Positions 36,565 to 46,697 of a stretch of DNA of 55,703 bases are shown here, one piece after another. Source of the stretch: Verrucomicrobiota bacterium. Lineage in GTDB: Bacteria > Verrucomicrobiota > Verrucomicrobiia > Opitutales > Seribacteraceae. Both the position numbers and the translations under genes were made by a program. The notes under the pieces are model-generated. The model was not told the DNA's origin. It made no database searches and worked only from the letters and a program-made list of their open reading frames with translations. Each line of letters begins with the position of its first letter. The stretch's first letter is position 1. The stretch is taken from NCBI GenBank assembly GCA_027622665.1, contig JAQBYT010000026.1, positions 1 to 55,703 on the forward strand, given 5' to 3'.

Positions 36565-37248
36565 CTACCTAACAGTATAATTCAGGTGTTTCTGTAGAGA
36601 GTCAGGAGGCGTTGGTAGATGTGAAAAGATTTTCCAAACAAGTTCTGATTTCGGAAACAAAACGACCCATACCGTCAGTATGATAACAGCAAAATAAGTA
36701 TAAAGGTTTTGATGTTCAACATAATACGCTTCGACTTCGCCTTTGTAAGGAGCAATCACCTGATCGTAAAAGTCCACAGAAGTTTCATTATCAGCAAGAA
36801 TAGTTTCTTCGTTCCTGAATACGATTGGTCCTAATCCAGAAAGACCGGGTCGAATCTTTGTGATAATTACTTTCAAGTTTTTAGGAAAAACATCAAAGCA
36901 GCGAGACGTTTGAGGACGTGGTCCAACAACACTCATATCACCAAGAAAGATATTTATTAATTGAGGCAGTTCATTAATCTTAGTTTTACGCAAAAACTTC
37001 CCAAAAGGTAAAATTCTTGGATCATCCTTAAGCGTAATTGTTCCAGAACCTATACTTGGACTACCCTTCAACATAGTGGCAAATTTAAAAAGATTGAAGA
37101 GTGCGCCACCTTTACCTACCCGTTTTTGAAAAAAGAATATCTCTCCTTCACCTGTAAGCCTTAGCATAAGCACAATGGGTAATAACAAGGAACTAAGGCA
37201 AATCAATGCCAACAACGAAAAAACAATGTCCAAAAATCTCTGTATCAC
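36565..37248 (-). CDS. Small monotopic phosphoglycosyl transferase (PglC-like sugar transferase)
   Basis: RFLD, FFFQKRVG, FKFATM and KINELPQL.N...GDMSVVGPRP motifs; single hydrophobic segment. Confidence 0.85.
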   Translation of the reverse strand: MIQRFLDIVFSLLALICLSSLLLPIVLMLRLTGEGEIFFFQKRVGKGGALFNLFKFATMLKGSPSIGSGTITLKDDPRILPFGKFLRKTKINELPQLINIFLGDMSVVGPRPQTSRCFDVFPKNLKVIITKIRPGLSGLGPIVFRNEETILADNETSVDFYDQVIAPYKGEVEAYYVEHQNLYTYFAVIILTVWVVLFPKSELVWKIFSHLPTPPDSLQKHLNYTVR

Positions 37249-38432
37249 ATCCTTTGATCTAAAAATTTACCAGTTTCCTTATGACCGAAGTCTGGAATCA
37301 TTTCATGAAACAATTTAACAAAATCTTCTCTTTCCCAAGTTATTGAAGATTTAATTTCGTCTATTCGATCTTCGAAGTAGGTAAGTTTTTCTTGGTCAAA
37401 TATCGGATCATTCTTAATTACGCCAATTGAGGAAAATCTATCCATATCTAACTTTTCATTATCGGTAAAAAACTCTTCGAAATCTTTTTCACCAGTGGTA
37501 TCACTTTTAAAAAAGTAGCAAGGCCACTTTTTTTGGGATATCAATTCGAAACACCTGTCGCGTGCCTCATCTTCTGTTTCACACTCAAAGGGTTGATACC
37601 CGAGTCGCTCCAAATACTTTCTCGCAATATCGGAAAAAGTAATGAGATGAAGTTTTTCGCTTAATTTAGGGAAAAAGATATCTCGGTTTTCTCCGAGCAA
37701 ACCGGAAAGCAGGCAAAGTTCTCCTGATTCTTGTGGAGTTACAAAGTAACGCTTCACATCATGGGGGGCGGATATCGGTTGCTGCTTGGCAAACCTCTGG
37801 TTAAAACCATGCAGTAAAGAACCATCTGAAAACGCAACGTTGGCAAAACGAGACATTGAGATCCGTTGACTTATGCTTTCTCGCATCAAAAACTTTTCCA
37901 TGATTCGCTTGCTGGCCCCCATCATGTTGACTGGATTCGCAGCCTTATCAGTAGAAACACAAAAGTAATTCCTTAGCCCCGCATCGGATGCCATTCTCAA
38001 GGTCTTTACCGTATTAAAGACATTAACCTTGATCATCCGCATCAAGGTGTAAGGATCCTTCTCGCTTCTTACATGCTTCAAGGCCGATAGGTTGAAGACG
38101 TAATCGTAAGGCCCTTCATTTGCAAAGAAAGCCTCGAACTCGGGGCTTCCGCAATCAATCGCAAAGGTCTTGAATTCTCCGTCAATGTAACCCAATGTGC
38201 TTCTGACGTCCCGAACAAGTTCCACCATGTTGTTTTCACTAACGTCGACCACGTGAAGCACCTTTGGTTCACTCTTGAAAATCTCAAGTGTGACTGCTTG
38301 GCCGATTGAACCTGCGCCTCCAATCACTAAAAAGCGCGAGCTTTTGACTATATCCTCCAAGTTTTTCTTAAGCCCCTCGACATCAGTTTCGAAGAGGGGC
38401 GCACTTCGACCTATCAAACCTAGAACATCCAT
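37245..38432 (-). CDS. UDP-N-acetylglucosamine 4,6-dehydratase (LegB/LgaA-like)
   Basis: GGAGSIG, SALKHVRSE, STDKAANPVNMMGASK and RFANVAFSDGSL motifs. Confidence 0.85.
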   Translation of the reverse strand: MDVLGLIGRSAPLFETDVEGLKKNLEDIVKSSRFLVIGGAGSIGQAVTLEIFKSEPKVLHVVDVSENNMVELVRDVRSTLGYIDGEFKTFAIDCGSPEFEAFFANEGPYDYVFNLSALKHVRSEKDPYTLMRMIKVNVFNTVKTLRMASDAGLRNYFCVSTDKAANPVNMMGASKRIMEKFLMRESISQRISMSRFANVAFSDGSLLHGFNQRFAKQQPISAPHDVKRYFVTPQESGELCLLSGLLGENRDIFFPKLSEKLHLITFSDIARKYLERLGYQPFECETEDEARDRCFELISQKKWPCYFFKSDTTGEKDFEEFFTDNEKLDMDRFSSIGVIKNDPIFDQEKLTYFEDRIDEIKSSITWEREDFVKLFHEMIPDFGHKETGKFLDQRM

Positions 38433-38448
38433 TTTCGACCTTGACGAG

Positions 38449-39054
38449 TCAGCAAATCGGCAAATCCTGCCGGTACAGCGTGGAGGATTGCCCTTTGTGA
38501 ACGGTGATTTGAGCTAGGGAAACCGCACCCATCTTTTGATAAAAACGGTGAGCGGGGCTCAAAGTTTCTCCTACCACCATGCAAAAGGCCGTTTCACCTT
38601 CCTGGAAAAATCTTTGACCTAGGGATTCATACAGTTTTTTCGCCACCCCACTGCCTCGGGCCGAACCGACGACGGCAAGGCTGTACAACTCGGCTCCGGG
38701 GCAGAGCGGGACGGGTTTCTGCCTTCTGCCAAAACACATCAGTTCAAGAATTCGCTTAACTCTCATGGGATTCAGCATGGCTGGCGCCAATGCAATGAAA
38801 AGTCTCGGGAAGGATCGCAGCAATTTCCGGTAGATTAACTTCATGCCACGACCACCTGCAACAAAGCCAAGTAAATCATCATTGGATTTTTCTAAAATTA
38901 AAATGCTGTTCTCATCGGCATCAATCGCCTCATAGAGCAAGGCCAGAAACCGCTCTCCCAACGATGACAAGAAACCCCGGTCAATGCAAGTGGCGTGTAC
39001 TTGGGCAACCTTGCGGTAGTCGCGCGCCTGCAGGGGTTCGGCATGATCAACCAT
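38449..39054 (-). CDS. GNAT family N-acyltransferase
   Basis: GFLSSLG..FL..LY, AELYSLAV...ARGSGVAKKL and A.RFYQKMG motifs; start ATG 39054 overlaps the aminotransferase stop. Confidence 0.8.
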   Translation of the reverse strand: MVDHAEPLQARDYRKVAQVHATCIDRGFLSSLGERFLALLYEAIDADENSILILEKSNDDLLGFVAGGRGMKLIYRKLLRSFPRLFIALAPAMLNPMRVKRILELMCFGRRQKPVPLCPGAELYSLAVVGSARGSGVAKKLYESLGQRFFQEGETAFCMVVGETLSPAHRFYQKMGAVSLAQITVHKGQSSTLYRQDLPIC

Positions 39055-40228
39055 CGACGTCATGCGGGTAAGCTTCATCGGATGGAACGCTTGAAGGAAG
39101 ATTCACCACCCGGGCTTGCAGCCTCCTCGAATTCTCAAGTCCATCGTTCTGGCACTTCCCAAACATAGCGAGATCAGACATCAATTGCCAAATTGGTCTG
39201 GTCATCACATTATGATTGTTGGAGTAATCCAAAAAGCCGTCGCGTTCTTCTTTGTCTGAAAGCACGATTGCATTTAGCCAATAATTGCTCTGGCAATGGG
39301 GCAAAGGCCCTGGCATTTCCACGCCAATTGACTCAAAAAAAGAACGGTAGCGTGCCGCGATTCGTTCCTTGACTCGAATCATCCATGTAAGCCGCTCCAT
39401 TTGTGCGCATCCAAGAGTGGCATTAAGGCTGGGGAGGCGAAAATTGAAACCAATTTCGTCATGCGAGAATTCATACCGATGAGGAACTTTTGCCGTCGTG
39501 GTGACATGTCTGGCACGTCTGGCCAGCTCATCATCATCCGTGAGCATCATTCCTCCCCCACCGGTAGTAATGATTTTGTTACCATTGAAACTGATTACCC
39601 CTAAGAGGCCGAATGTGCCGGTATGTCGTTTCTCGGAAAAACTTCCCAATGACTCCGCCGCATCCTCAACCAAGGCGATTTCCCATTCCCGGCAAATGTC
39701 CGCAATCTCCTTGATTCTACAGGGCATTCCGAACGTATGCATAGGCAAACAGGCCTTGATCCTCCTGCCAGTGCTCTTGTTGATCGCTCCCCCCTCCTCC
39801 CTTTCCGCATTTTCTTCTAGGAAATACCTCAACGCTGCCGGGCTCATGCCAAGAGTGTCCCTGTCCACGTCAATGAAAACGGGTTCAGCCCCAAGGTAGG
39901 AGACCGCATTGCAGGTAGCTACGAAAGTAAGCGCCTGAGTAATGACCTCATCTTCCCTCTCAACACCTGCCAAAAGAAGGGCGATATGAAGGGCATTTGT
40001 TCCGTTGACGACTGCGATAGCGTTTTTCGTCCCCGTGAAGGATGCAACTTTTCCTTCAAATTCATCGACCTTCGTTCCGGCCGTTGAAACGAAATTCGAG
40101 TCAATGCAATCCGCAAGATAGGATTTCTCGTTCCCCCCAAAGACAGGACGGTGCAGTGGAATAATTTCGTCGGCGTAAATTTGGCGAACGAATTTGATGA
40201 TTGGCTCGAACTTATCAGTTAGATTCAT
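39047..40228 (-). CDS. LegC-family (DegT/DnrJ) 4-keto-sugar aminotransferase
   Basis: IPLH.P.F.GNE, LTFVATCNA, EDAAESLG and SFNGNKIITTGGGG motifs. Confidence 0.9.
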   Translation of the reverse strand: MNLTDKFEPIIKFVRQIYADEIIPLHRPVFGGNEKSYLADCIDSNFVSTAGTKVDEFEGKVASFTGTKNAIAVVNGTNALHIALLLAGVEREDEVITQALTFVATCNAVSYLGAEPVFIDVDRDTLGMSPAALRYFLEENAEREEGGAINKSTGRRIKACLPMHTFGMPCRIKEIADICREWEIALVEDAAESLGSFSEKRHTGTFGLLGVISFNGNKIITTGGGGMMLTDDDELARRARHVTTTAKVPHRYEFSHDEIGFNFRLPSLNATLGCAQMERLTWMIRVKERIAARYRSFFESIGVEMPGPLPHCQSNYWLNAIVLSDKEERDGFLDYSNNHNVMTRPIWQLMSDLAMFGKCQNDGLENSRRLQARVVNLPSSVPSDEAYPHDVDG

Positions 40229-40240
40229 TCCGGCGATTCT

Positions 40241-41488
40241 TCAGCAAGACTTCCGTCTGAGCGAATAAGCAGATTCAACAACCTCAATCCAATCCTTCGC
40301 AAGCAAATCCCTGTCAAAACACCTCCGGGCAAGCGCCTTGGCGTTATTACCCTTGGATTCGAGTGATGAGCGGTCATCGGCGGCCATCTCAATCTGATCG
40401 GCAAATGCCGAGGGATTTTCCGGCATCACTGCAAATCCGCAATCGTTCTCGGTAATGAGGTCCGCGAGCCAGCCGGGATAATTGTTCAGTACAGGCAATC
40501 CCGCCGCTATGTAGTCAAAAAACTTATTGGGGGATGTTCCAGTGTAGAATGCCGGCACGTTGGCCAAAATCATCAAGCCCAAGTCCGCCGACTTCATGAG
40601 GCTCACCAATTCTCGCTTGGGGATAGAATCAAGAAAGCAAATATTGTCCAATTGCTTCTCTTGTGCCTGCTTCATTAATTCGGACTTCATCCTTCCCTGC
40701 CCCACGAGAACAAGGTTAATGTCGGAACGGCCCCTGCGCTTCAATTCCAACGCAGCGTCAAGCACGGCATCCAACCCATTGGCCATGCCATGAGCACCGC
40801 AAAACAGGGCGAGAAAACCAACCTCTTCCAAGTGCTTTGGCCGCTTGGGCTTAATGGATTCGTCATCAAAAAGATCCAGATCGCAGCCATTCGAAACCAA
40901 CTTGATCCTGTGATCGGGGACGCCCCTTTTCACGATCCCCTCCGAAATCCCCGGAGCGAGGGCAATGCAAAGGTCCGCCGAACGGTAGGCAACAAACTCC
41001 AATATGGACATCAAACCCAAAACCAGAGGATTGGTAATCACGCCCATTGCCCTCGGCAGTTCAGGCCATAGGTCCCGCACTTCGAACACAAAGGGCTTTC
41101 CACGAATCCATCTTGAAAAGACCCCAGGCAAGGCAATGGTCAAGGGAGTGGATGTACAGAAAATCAAGTCATACCTTTCCTTGAGGGCAATCCACGTCGC
41201 CATCACTGAAAAGCGCAGAAATATCAGGGTTCGGGCAACAAAACCCTGTTTGTTCGAGTATGGCATGTGCAGCTCCAACACCTCGATTCCATCCACCCAT
41301 CCTCTCCTCGTTCCCTTTCTGAAGTCCCCCTTGAGCCCGGTACAGGCAGCATCATAAGAACCACACACCATGAGGACTGCGTGCCCTTTCTTCACCAAGG
41401 CCTGTGCCATTTCATAGGAACGGGTTCCCGTTTTTCCGAGCGGGGTGGAGAAATGCTGATGGAAATAAAGGATTTTCAATTGCTCCAC
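40241..41488 (-). CDS. Glycosyltransferase family 4 (WbuB-like)
   Basis: HQHFSTP, FEVRDLWPE and SPNKFFDYIAAGLP motifs. Confidence 0.9.
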   Translation of the reverse strand: MEQLKILYFHQHFSTPLGKTGTRSYEMAQALVKKGHAVLMVCGSYDAACTGLKGDFRKGTRRGWVDGIEVLELHMPYSNKQGFVARTLIFLRFSVMATWIALKERYDLIFCTSTPLTIALPGVFSRWIRGKPFVFEVRDLWPELPRAMGVITNPLVLGLMSILEFVAYRSADLCIALAPGISEGIVKRGVPDHRIKLVSNGCDLDLFDDESIKPKRPKHLEEVGFLALFCGAHGMANGLDAVLDAALELKRRGRSDINLVLVGQGRMKSELMKQAQEKQLDNICFLDSIPKRELVSLMKSADLGLMILANVPAFYTGTSPNKFFDYIAAGLPVLNNYPGWLADLITENDCGFAVMPENPSAFADQIEMAADDRSSLESKGNNAKALARRCFDRDLLAKDWIEVVESAYSLRRKSC

Positions 41489-43320
41489 CTCACTTCCGTA
41501 ATCAGACTACAAGCACTTCTGGTTTCGATCTCGAGGACGGGCAAGGACATCTTCTCAAAGTAATGAAGAGATTCCCAACCTTTCCTCAATTCACATCTCA
41601 CCCACGGGGCGCTTGCGTTTACGGAAAGTGAAAATTCAGGAAAATCCAAGCTGCGGGTTTTGATCCCTCCATCCTCCTGAACAATTTCCCATTTACCTGG
41701 AGCGAGGCGCCATCTCAACTCGGCTTTGCCCTTGAAGCCCTTGATCTCGTCGTCCACCAACAACGAACTAGAAGAGAGGGAAATCCGTCGGTAGTGAGAG
41801 ATGCCACGGCGACAGACGTATCCCGCTCCGAAACTAGTTTTTCCGTCTTTTTCCCGAATTTTCTCCAACGAGGAAGTTTTCAACCAGTCACCAAATAAAA
41901 ACCTGCTAATTTTAGGCATTTGTTCTACTCCATCAAATTGGATGGTATTGTGACTTTCTATTCCAGAAAAATAATTCAACCATTTTTTATCAGTGTTGTA
42001 ACTGTATGTTCCCCCATCCCTTAAGAAATTAAATCCATTTATCCACAAATCTACATGTAAAGCATCCGCATGACTGGGACGGAACTTAAACACTGGATAT
42101 TTTAACATTACCATAGCCTCTCTTTTTCGTAAAACTGAGAATCCACCTTTATCGGCATTGAAGCTATTAGCCTTCACGGTTGGTATCGTTGACGCAGATA
42201 TTTTCAACCACTTTAAAGAATCATCCCATGGGCCAAATTCTTCAATAGCTCGTTGATTGAAAAAAAGATTATAAGCTAGTTGAACAGTGGGTCTGAAATC
42301 ACGATATTTTGTATTTGTAAGAGGCAACAAGCGAGCACCATCATTGGCTCCGATGTTTGGTCCTTCTCCATTTTTGATATTGATCATGTTGAACAACCAA
42401 AAGGAGGCTGCTTGTGCCCTTTTATAAAAAGTTTCCGAGAATTTTGGTGCTCTAACTTTTTGCCTCCATACTTCGACCATACTTAGTGTATCTAGCATAA
42501 CCCTGTGATAGTTTATAGAGTACTGACTAAAAGAACCATCTATACTGACTAAACGCTTAACCTGTGACTCCAGAATTTTTTTCCCAAGATGAGAAAATTT
42601 TACTCCTTTTTTTCCACCCATCAGAATTCCCCCGATATAAAGTGCGGCAGCTTCGGAAGTAGCATGATTATTACACTGAGCAATCGCATAGCTTGTTGTG
42701 GGCTTAATCCGCTGAAGATGAATAAAAATCAATCGCTTAAGAAACTCGGAAGGAGTATCGCTTTGCTCCAAGATTACAGTAGCCATCGCAAGATGCATCA
42801 CGCGTATAGATGCCTCTTGACCACACTTCCAATTCACTCCCATGTAAGGTGGGTTTTTTATAATCCAATCCTGCAACCAGTTATTTAAACGATCCAACTC
42901 ATTCTCATCGCCAGATGCAATTCTTTGAGCCATGGCCAATACCCAATCAAAACGTGAGGCTTCCCAGACAGTTTTTATGTCACCAACTTTATCATTGAAA
43001 TCAGATATTTTATTCCATGCGGTATCATCAACTGCACGAACTCCTTTTTTAAAAGGATTGGCATGCCAATCAGGAATTCCGTTTATTTCGAATTCATGGA
43101 AGGAAAACCACAAACCTCTATCCATCCACGATGTTGAAGCTTCAAAATTTGGGATCTTTGAAAGGTCCTTGATGCAAAACAAAGGCCCGGCTTTCAAATC
43201 AACTGCATTTGTTCTGTCACCGATTCGAAATGAGCCATACAATCTGTAAAGAAAAACTCTTAGCAAATTACCAAACCCAAGTTTTGAATAGGTTCGTATT
43301 TTGATAAATAAAAGATTCAA
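41476..43320 (-). CDS. Heparinase II/III family protein of polysaccharide loci
   Basis: GDIKTVWEASRF, NNHATSE, DGSFSQYS.NYHR, HADALH, DGGTYSY and SHNT motifs. Confidence 0.85.
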   Translation of the reverse strand: MNLLFIKIRTYSKLGFGNLLRVFLYRLYGSFRIGDRTNAVDLKAGPLFCIKDLSKIPNFEASTSWMDRGLWFSFHEFEINGIPDWHANPFKKGVRAVDDTAWNKISDFNDKVGDIKTVWEASRFDWVLAMAQRIASGDENELDRLNNWLQDWIIKNPPYMGVNWKCGQEASIRVMHLAMATVILEQSDTPSEFLKRLIFIHLQRIKPTTSYAIAQCNNHATSEAAALYIGGILMGGKKGVKFSHLGKKILESQVKRLVSIDGSFSQYSINYHRVMLDTLSMVEVWRQKVRAPKFSETFYKRAQAASFWLFNMINIKNGEGPNIGANDGARLLPLTNTKYRDFRPTVQLAYNLFFNQRAIEEFGPWDDSLKWLKISASTIPTVKANSFNADKGGFSVLRKREAMVMLKYPVFKFRPSHADALHVDLWINGFNFLRDGGTYSYNTDKKWLNYFSGIESHNTIQFDGVEQMPKISRFLFGDWLKTSSLEKIREKDGKTSFGAGYVCRRGISHYRRISLSSSSLLVDDEIKGFKGKAELRWRLAPGKWEIVQEDGGIKTRSLDFPEFSLSVNASAPWVRCELRKGWESLHYFEKMSLPVLEIETRSACSLITEVRWSN

Positions 43321-43330
43321 GAAACTAGCT

Positions 43331-45460
43331 TTAAAGAATTGAATTTACCGCTTCGATCGCCACTCGAGTCACTTCAAAAATCTCTTGATGGGGAATAGCA
43401 GATTTACCGGAATTCTTGATCGAATTCAAAAACGCTTTAGAACAAGCATTTTGCCCCTTGTCCTGTTGCCAAAGTGCATGTTTTCGAAAACCCGGCCAAT
43501 TGAATCCACGAAGCTTCCTAAAATTATCTAACTGCAAAGTTCTGCCACCTGAAAAAACTTCTATTCTTTCTTTTGGGAATGAATTTCCACCGTTAGCAAA
43601 GTAATGAATGGTACCAATTGAACCATCCTTAAAACCAAGATTGATGGATACTTTATCTTTAGCTGAACTTGTAGAATTCGCTTCTTCCATGCAATGGGCA
43701 TGGACTGAGACTATGGGCGAGCCTGAAAGAAACCTCATTAGATCAATATGGTGGCATGCCTCCCCGACTATTCTTCCCCCGCCGACTTCTAAATCCTGCG
43801 TCCAATGGTCAGCAGGAATGTGGCCTGCATTCATCACCATGATAAAACATTTGGGTTGGTTAATTTGCTCCAAAAGTTCTTTCATAATTTTGACTTGCGG
43901 AGCAAATCTGCGATTAAACCCCACCATGAGTTGGCAAGACCCAGCATTAACGTATGCAGTTTGAACATCTTCTAGTTCTTCAAGAGTTAACGCTAGTGGC
44001 TTCTCCACAAAAACATGTTTTCCAGCGTCAAGAGCTTGGATGACAAATTTCGCATGACTGTTGTGACGGGTTACAATCGCTACCGAATTTATTTCAGGAT
44101 TAGCTAATAACTTTTCTGTATCTGAAGTTGCATTTTCAAAACCATTTTTACGCCCATGAATGGCGGCATTTGTACCACCGCTAGAAGAAATTGTATGTAA
44201 TCTTGCTCCTGCTTTTTTAAATGCTGGAATTAACATCCTAGATGCATAATTACCTGCACCAATAAAACCGACCACGGGATTATCAAAAAATTTTAAAGAA
44301 GATGAATTTTGCTCATTTCCTTTAAGGCTTAAGGTTTCACCATCTAGAGATTCTGTAGAGTTTTTATATTCTAAAATAATGGCCAAAGTTTCTTTTTCTT
44401 CGAAAAGGAGTCCATATGCTCGAGAAGCATCGTCAAAAGGAACCCGATGATTAATTAAGGGGGCAACATTCAAAGAACCTGCCGCAAACAAATCTAAAAT
44501 TGCCTCGAAGTTTCTTTTTTCTGTCCAACGAACATAACCTATAGGATAATCTTGTCCTTTTTCTTCATAGTTTTCATCATAACGACCAGGACCGTAAGAA
44601 CAGGAAACCTGGAAAGATAGTTCCTTCTCGTAAAACTCCGATCTGTTCAATTCCAAACCAGTAACCCCAATTAAAACAATCCGACCTCTTTTCCTGCACA
44701 TTCTTGCAGCCTGTGAAACAGGTTCAGAAGAACTTGTTGATGCAGTAATAATGACACCATCAACCCCTCTAGAACGACTAAACGAATTTCCCGCCTCAAT
44801 GGGGTCTTCACCGCTCGCAGGGTTACAAGAATCTGCACCAAACTCACGCGCTAATCTTAGTTTACCTTCATCCAAATCAATGGCTAACACCTTACAACCC
44901 TGAGCTCTGAGCAGTTGAATCGTAAGCAAACCAATTAACCCGGCACCTATGACAACAAAACTCTCTCCTATGGTTGGTTGTGAAAGCCTAATCCCCTGAA
45001 GACCAATAGATGCAACCACAGTGAAAACGGCTGCTTCATCCGATACATTATCAGGGATTTCCGCACATAAATTGCCCGCAATATTGACTACCTCTGCATG
45101 AGGACCGTTCGAAACCACACGCTGTCCTTCTTTAAACCCCGATACTCCGCTTTTAGTAACTATTCCAACATTACAATACCCCAACGGAATAGGCTGACTC
45201 AGTTTTGAACGGACTGCATCTACAGTCGTCAGCAATCCATCGGTTTTAATTTTATCAAATACTTGGCGGACCTTGTCGGGTTGTTTGCGAGCTTTCGTGA
45301 AAAAACTGGCCTTACCAAAGTCAACAAGCATTCGCTCCGTTCCTGTCGAAATCAAAGTTTTTTTAGAATGTATTAATACTTTTCCCTTGGAAAATGCAGG
45401 ATTGGGAACTTCCACCAGTTCAGTTTTCCCAGTTTGTAAATTTTGAAGTACTTGCTTCAT
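43331..45460 (-). CDS. Bi-domain oxidoreductase (Zn-binding dehydrogenase plus Gfo/Idh/MocA)
   Basis: MKQVLQ, ISTGTERML, YEKELSFQVSCSYGPGRYD, VFVEKP and VGFNRRF motifs. Confidence 0.9.
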   Translation of the reverse strand: MKQVLQNLQTGKTELVEVPNPAFSKGKVLIHSKKTLISTGTERMLVDFGKASFFTKARKQPDKVRQVFDKIKTDGLLTTVDAVRSKLSQPIPLGYCNVGIVTKSGVSGFKEGQRVVSNGPHAEVVNIAGNLCAEIPDNVSDEAAVFTVVASIGLQGIRLSQPTIGESFVVIGAGLIGLLTIQLLRAQGCKVLAIDLDEGKLRLAREFGADSCNPASGEDPIEAGNSFSRSRGVDGVIITASTSSSEPVSQAARMCRKRGRIVLIGVTGLELNRSEFYEKELSFQVSCSYGPGRYDENYEEKGQDYPIGYVRWTEKRNFEAILDLFAAGSLNVAPLINHRVPFDDASRAYGLLFEEKETLAIILEYKNSTESLDGETLSLKGNEQNSSSLKFFDNPVVGFIGAGNYASRMLIPAFKKAGARLHTISSSGGTNAAIHGRKNGFENATSDTEKLLANPEINSVAIVTRHNSHAKFVIQALDAGKHVFVEKPLALTLEELEDVQTAYVNAGSCQLMVGFNRRFAPQVKIMKELLEQINQPKCFIMVMNAGHIPADHWTQDLEVGGGRIVGEACHHIDLMRFLSGSPIVSVHAHCMEEANSTSSAKDKVSINLGFKDGSIGTIHYFANGGNSFPKERIEVFSGGRTLQLDNFRKLRGFNWPGFRKHALWQQDKGQNACSKAFLNSIKNSGKSAIPHQEIFEVTRVAIEAVNSIL

Positions 45461-45490
45461 TAAGATTTGGAATTAATTTTAATTCATAAA

Positions 45491-46588
45491 TTAGTTAAGC
45501 AATTCCATTAAATGAGACACGATACGATCACCTGCCTTACCATCCCATTTTTCGGGGATGGAGCCTTTTTTCCATTCTCCAGCAAACAAACGATCAAGAG
45601 CAGGCTTTATATTTTCTGGATCCGTACCAATTAACTCGTTGGTTCCAATGGTTACAGTCTCTGGTCTTTCCGTAGAATCACGTAAGGTAATACATGGTAC
45701 TCCCAAGACAGTCGTTTCTTCTGTAATTCCACCTGAGTCTGTAATGACTGCTTTGCAATGCTTGACAAGGTAATTAAATTCAAAATAAGGCTGTGGTTCA
45801 ACAAGGTGAATTACTTCAGGTAAATCATTATACTGTTTAAGTACCTTGGCTGTCCTTGGATGAACTGGAAAAATGATCGGCAAACCACGAGTCCCGACTG
45901 CAATCGCTTTTAATTTTTGCATTAGGCTGCTTCCTACATCCACATTCGATGGACGATGCATTGTTAAAACGATATACTCTTTTTCAGTAAGAGAATAATC
46001 ACCCCAAAAGTTTGGCTTGTACAAACGATTGATATTGGCGAGCAGCGTGTCGATCATGGTATTACCAACAAAAAAAATACGATCAGATCCGACGCCCGAG
46101 TTTTTTAAATTTTCATTCGCGTATTCACTCGTAGTAAAAAAGTAATTCGTAATGGAATCAGTAACTAATCTATTAATTTCTTCAGGCATCGACCAATCAC
46201 CAGATCGAATTCCTGCTTCTACATGAGCAACAGGAATAGAAAGTTTCTGTGCCACAATTGCACAAGCCATAGTAGAAGTTACATCGCCCACAACTAAACA
46301 AAGTTGTGAAGGCGAGCAAAGGAGCAGTTTTTCATACCTAGTCATGATAAGTGCTGTTTGCTCAGCTTGTGTACCTGACCCTACATCAAAATTGTAATCT
46401 GGATTAGGCAATCCTAACTGATTAAAAAAGGATTCTGACATTGCATGGTCATAATGTTGCCCTGTGTGTATTAATCTAAAAGTTATACAATCGTTATAAT
46501 AGCCTGAATGTTGTATCGCCCTTACTATTGAAGCAATCTTCATGAAATTGGGCCGTGTCCCAGCAATTAAATCAATACTTATTTTCAA
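45491..46588 (-). CDS. wecB: Non-hydrolysing UDP-GlcNAc 2-epimerase (second copy)
   Basis: GTRPNFMK, HTGQHYD, GDVTST, HVEAG and TDSGGITEE motifs. Confidence 0.9.
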   Translation of the reverse strand: MKISIDLIAGTRPNFMKIASIVRAIQHSGYYNDCITFRLIHTGQHYDHAMSESFFNQLGLPNPDYNFDVGSGTQAEQTALIMTRYEKLLLCSPSQLCLVVGDVTSTMACAIVAQKLSIPVAHVEAGIRSGDWSMPEEINRLVTDSITNYFFTTSEYANENLKNSGVGSDRIFFVGNTMIDTLLANINRLYKPNFWGDYSLTEKEYIVLTMHRPSNVDVGSSLMQKLKAIAVGTRGLPIIFPVHPRTAKVLKQYNDLPEVIHLVEPQPYFEFNYLVKHCKAVITDSGGITEETTVLGVPCITLRDSTERPETVTIGTNELIGTDPENIKPALDRLFAGEWKKGSIPEKWDGKAGDRIVSHLMELLN

Positions 46589-46697
46589 AGATTTTAATAT
46601 TTCCTAAATTCATCAAAGATTTGTCCTAACTTTACTTACTTTTAATTTAAATAACATCAATATTATTATTATTTTTCACTACTAGTAAAAACAACTA

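Noticed and set aside
37245..40228. Complete legionaminic acid pathway
   Set aside because: Only the first steps are present; there is no synthase, hydrolysing epimerase or CMP-transferase in the window.
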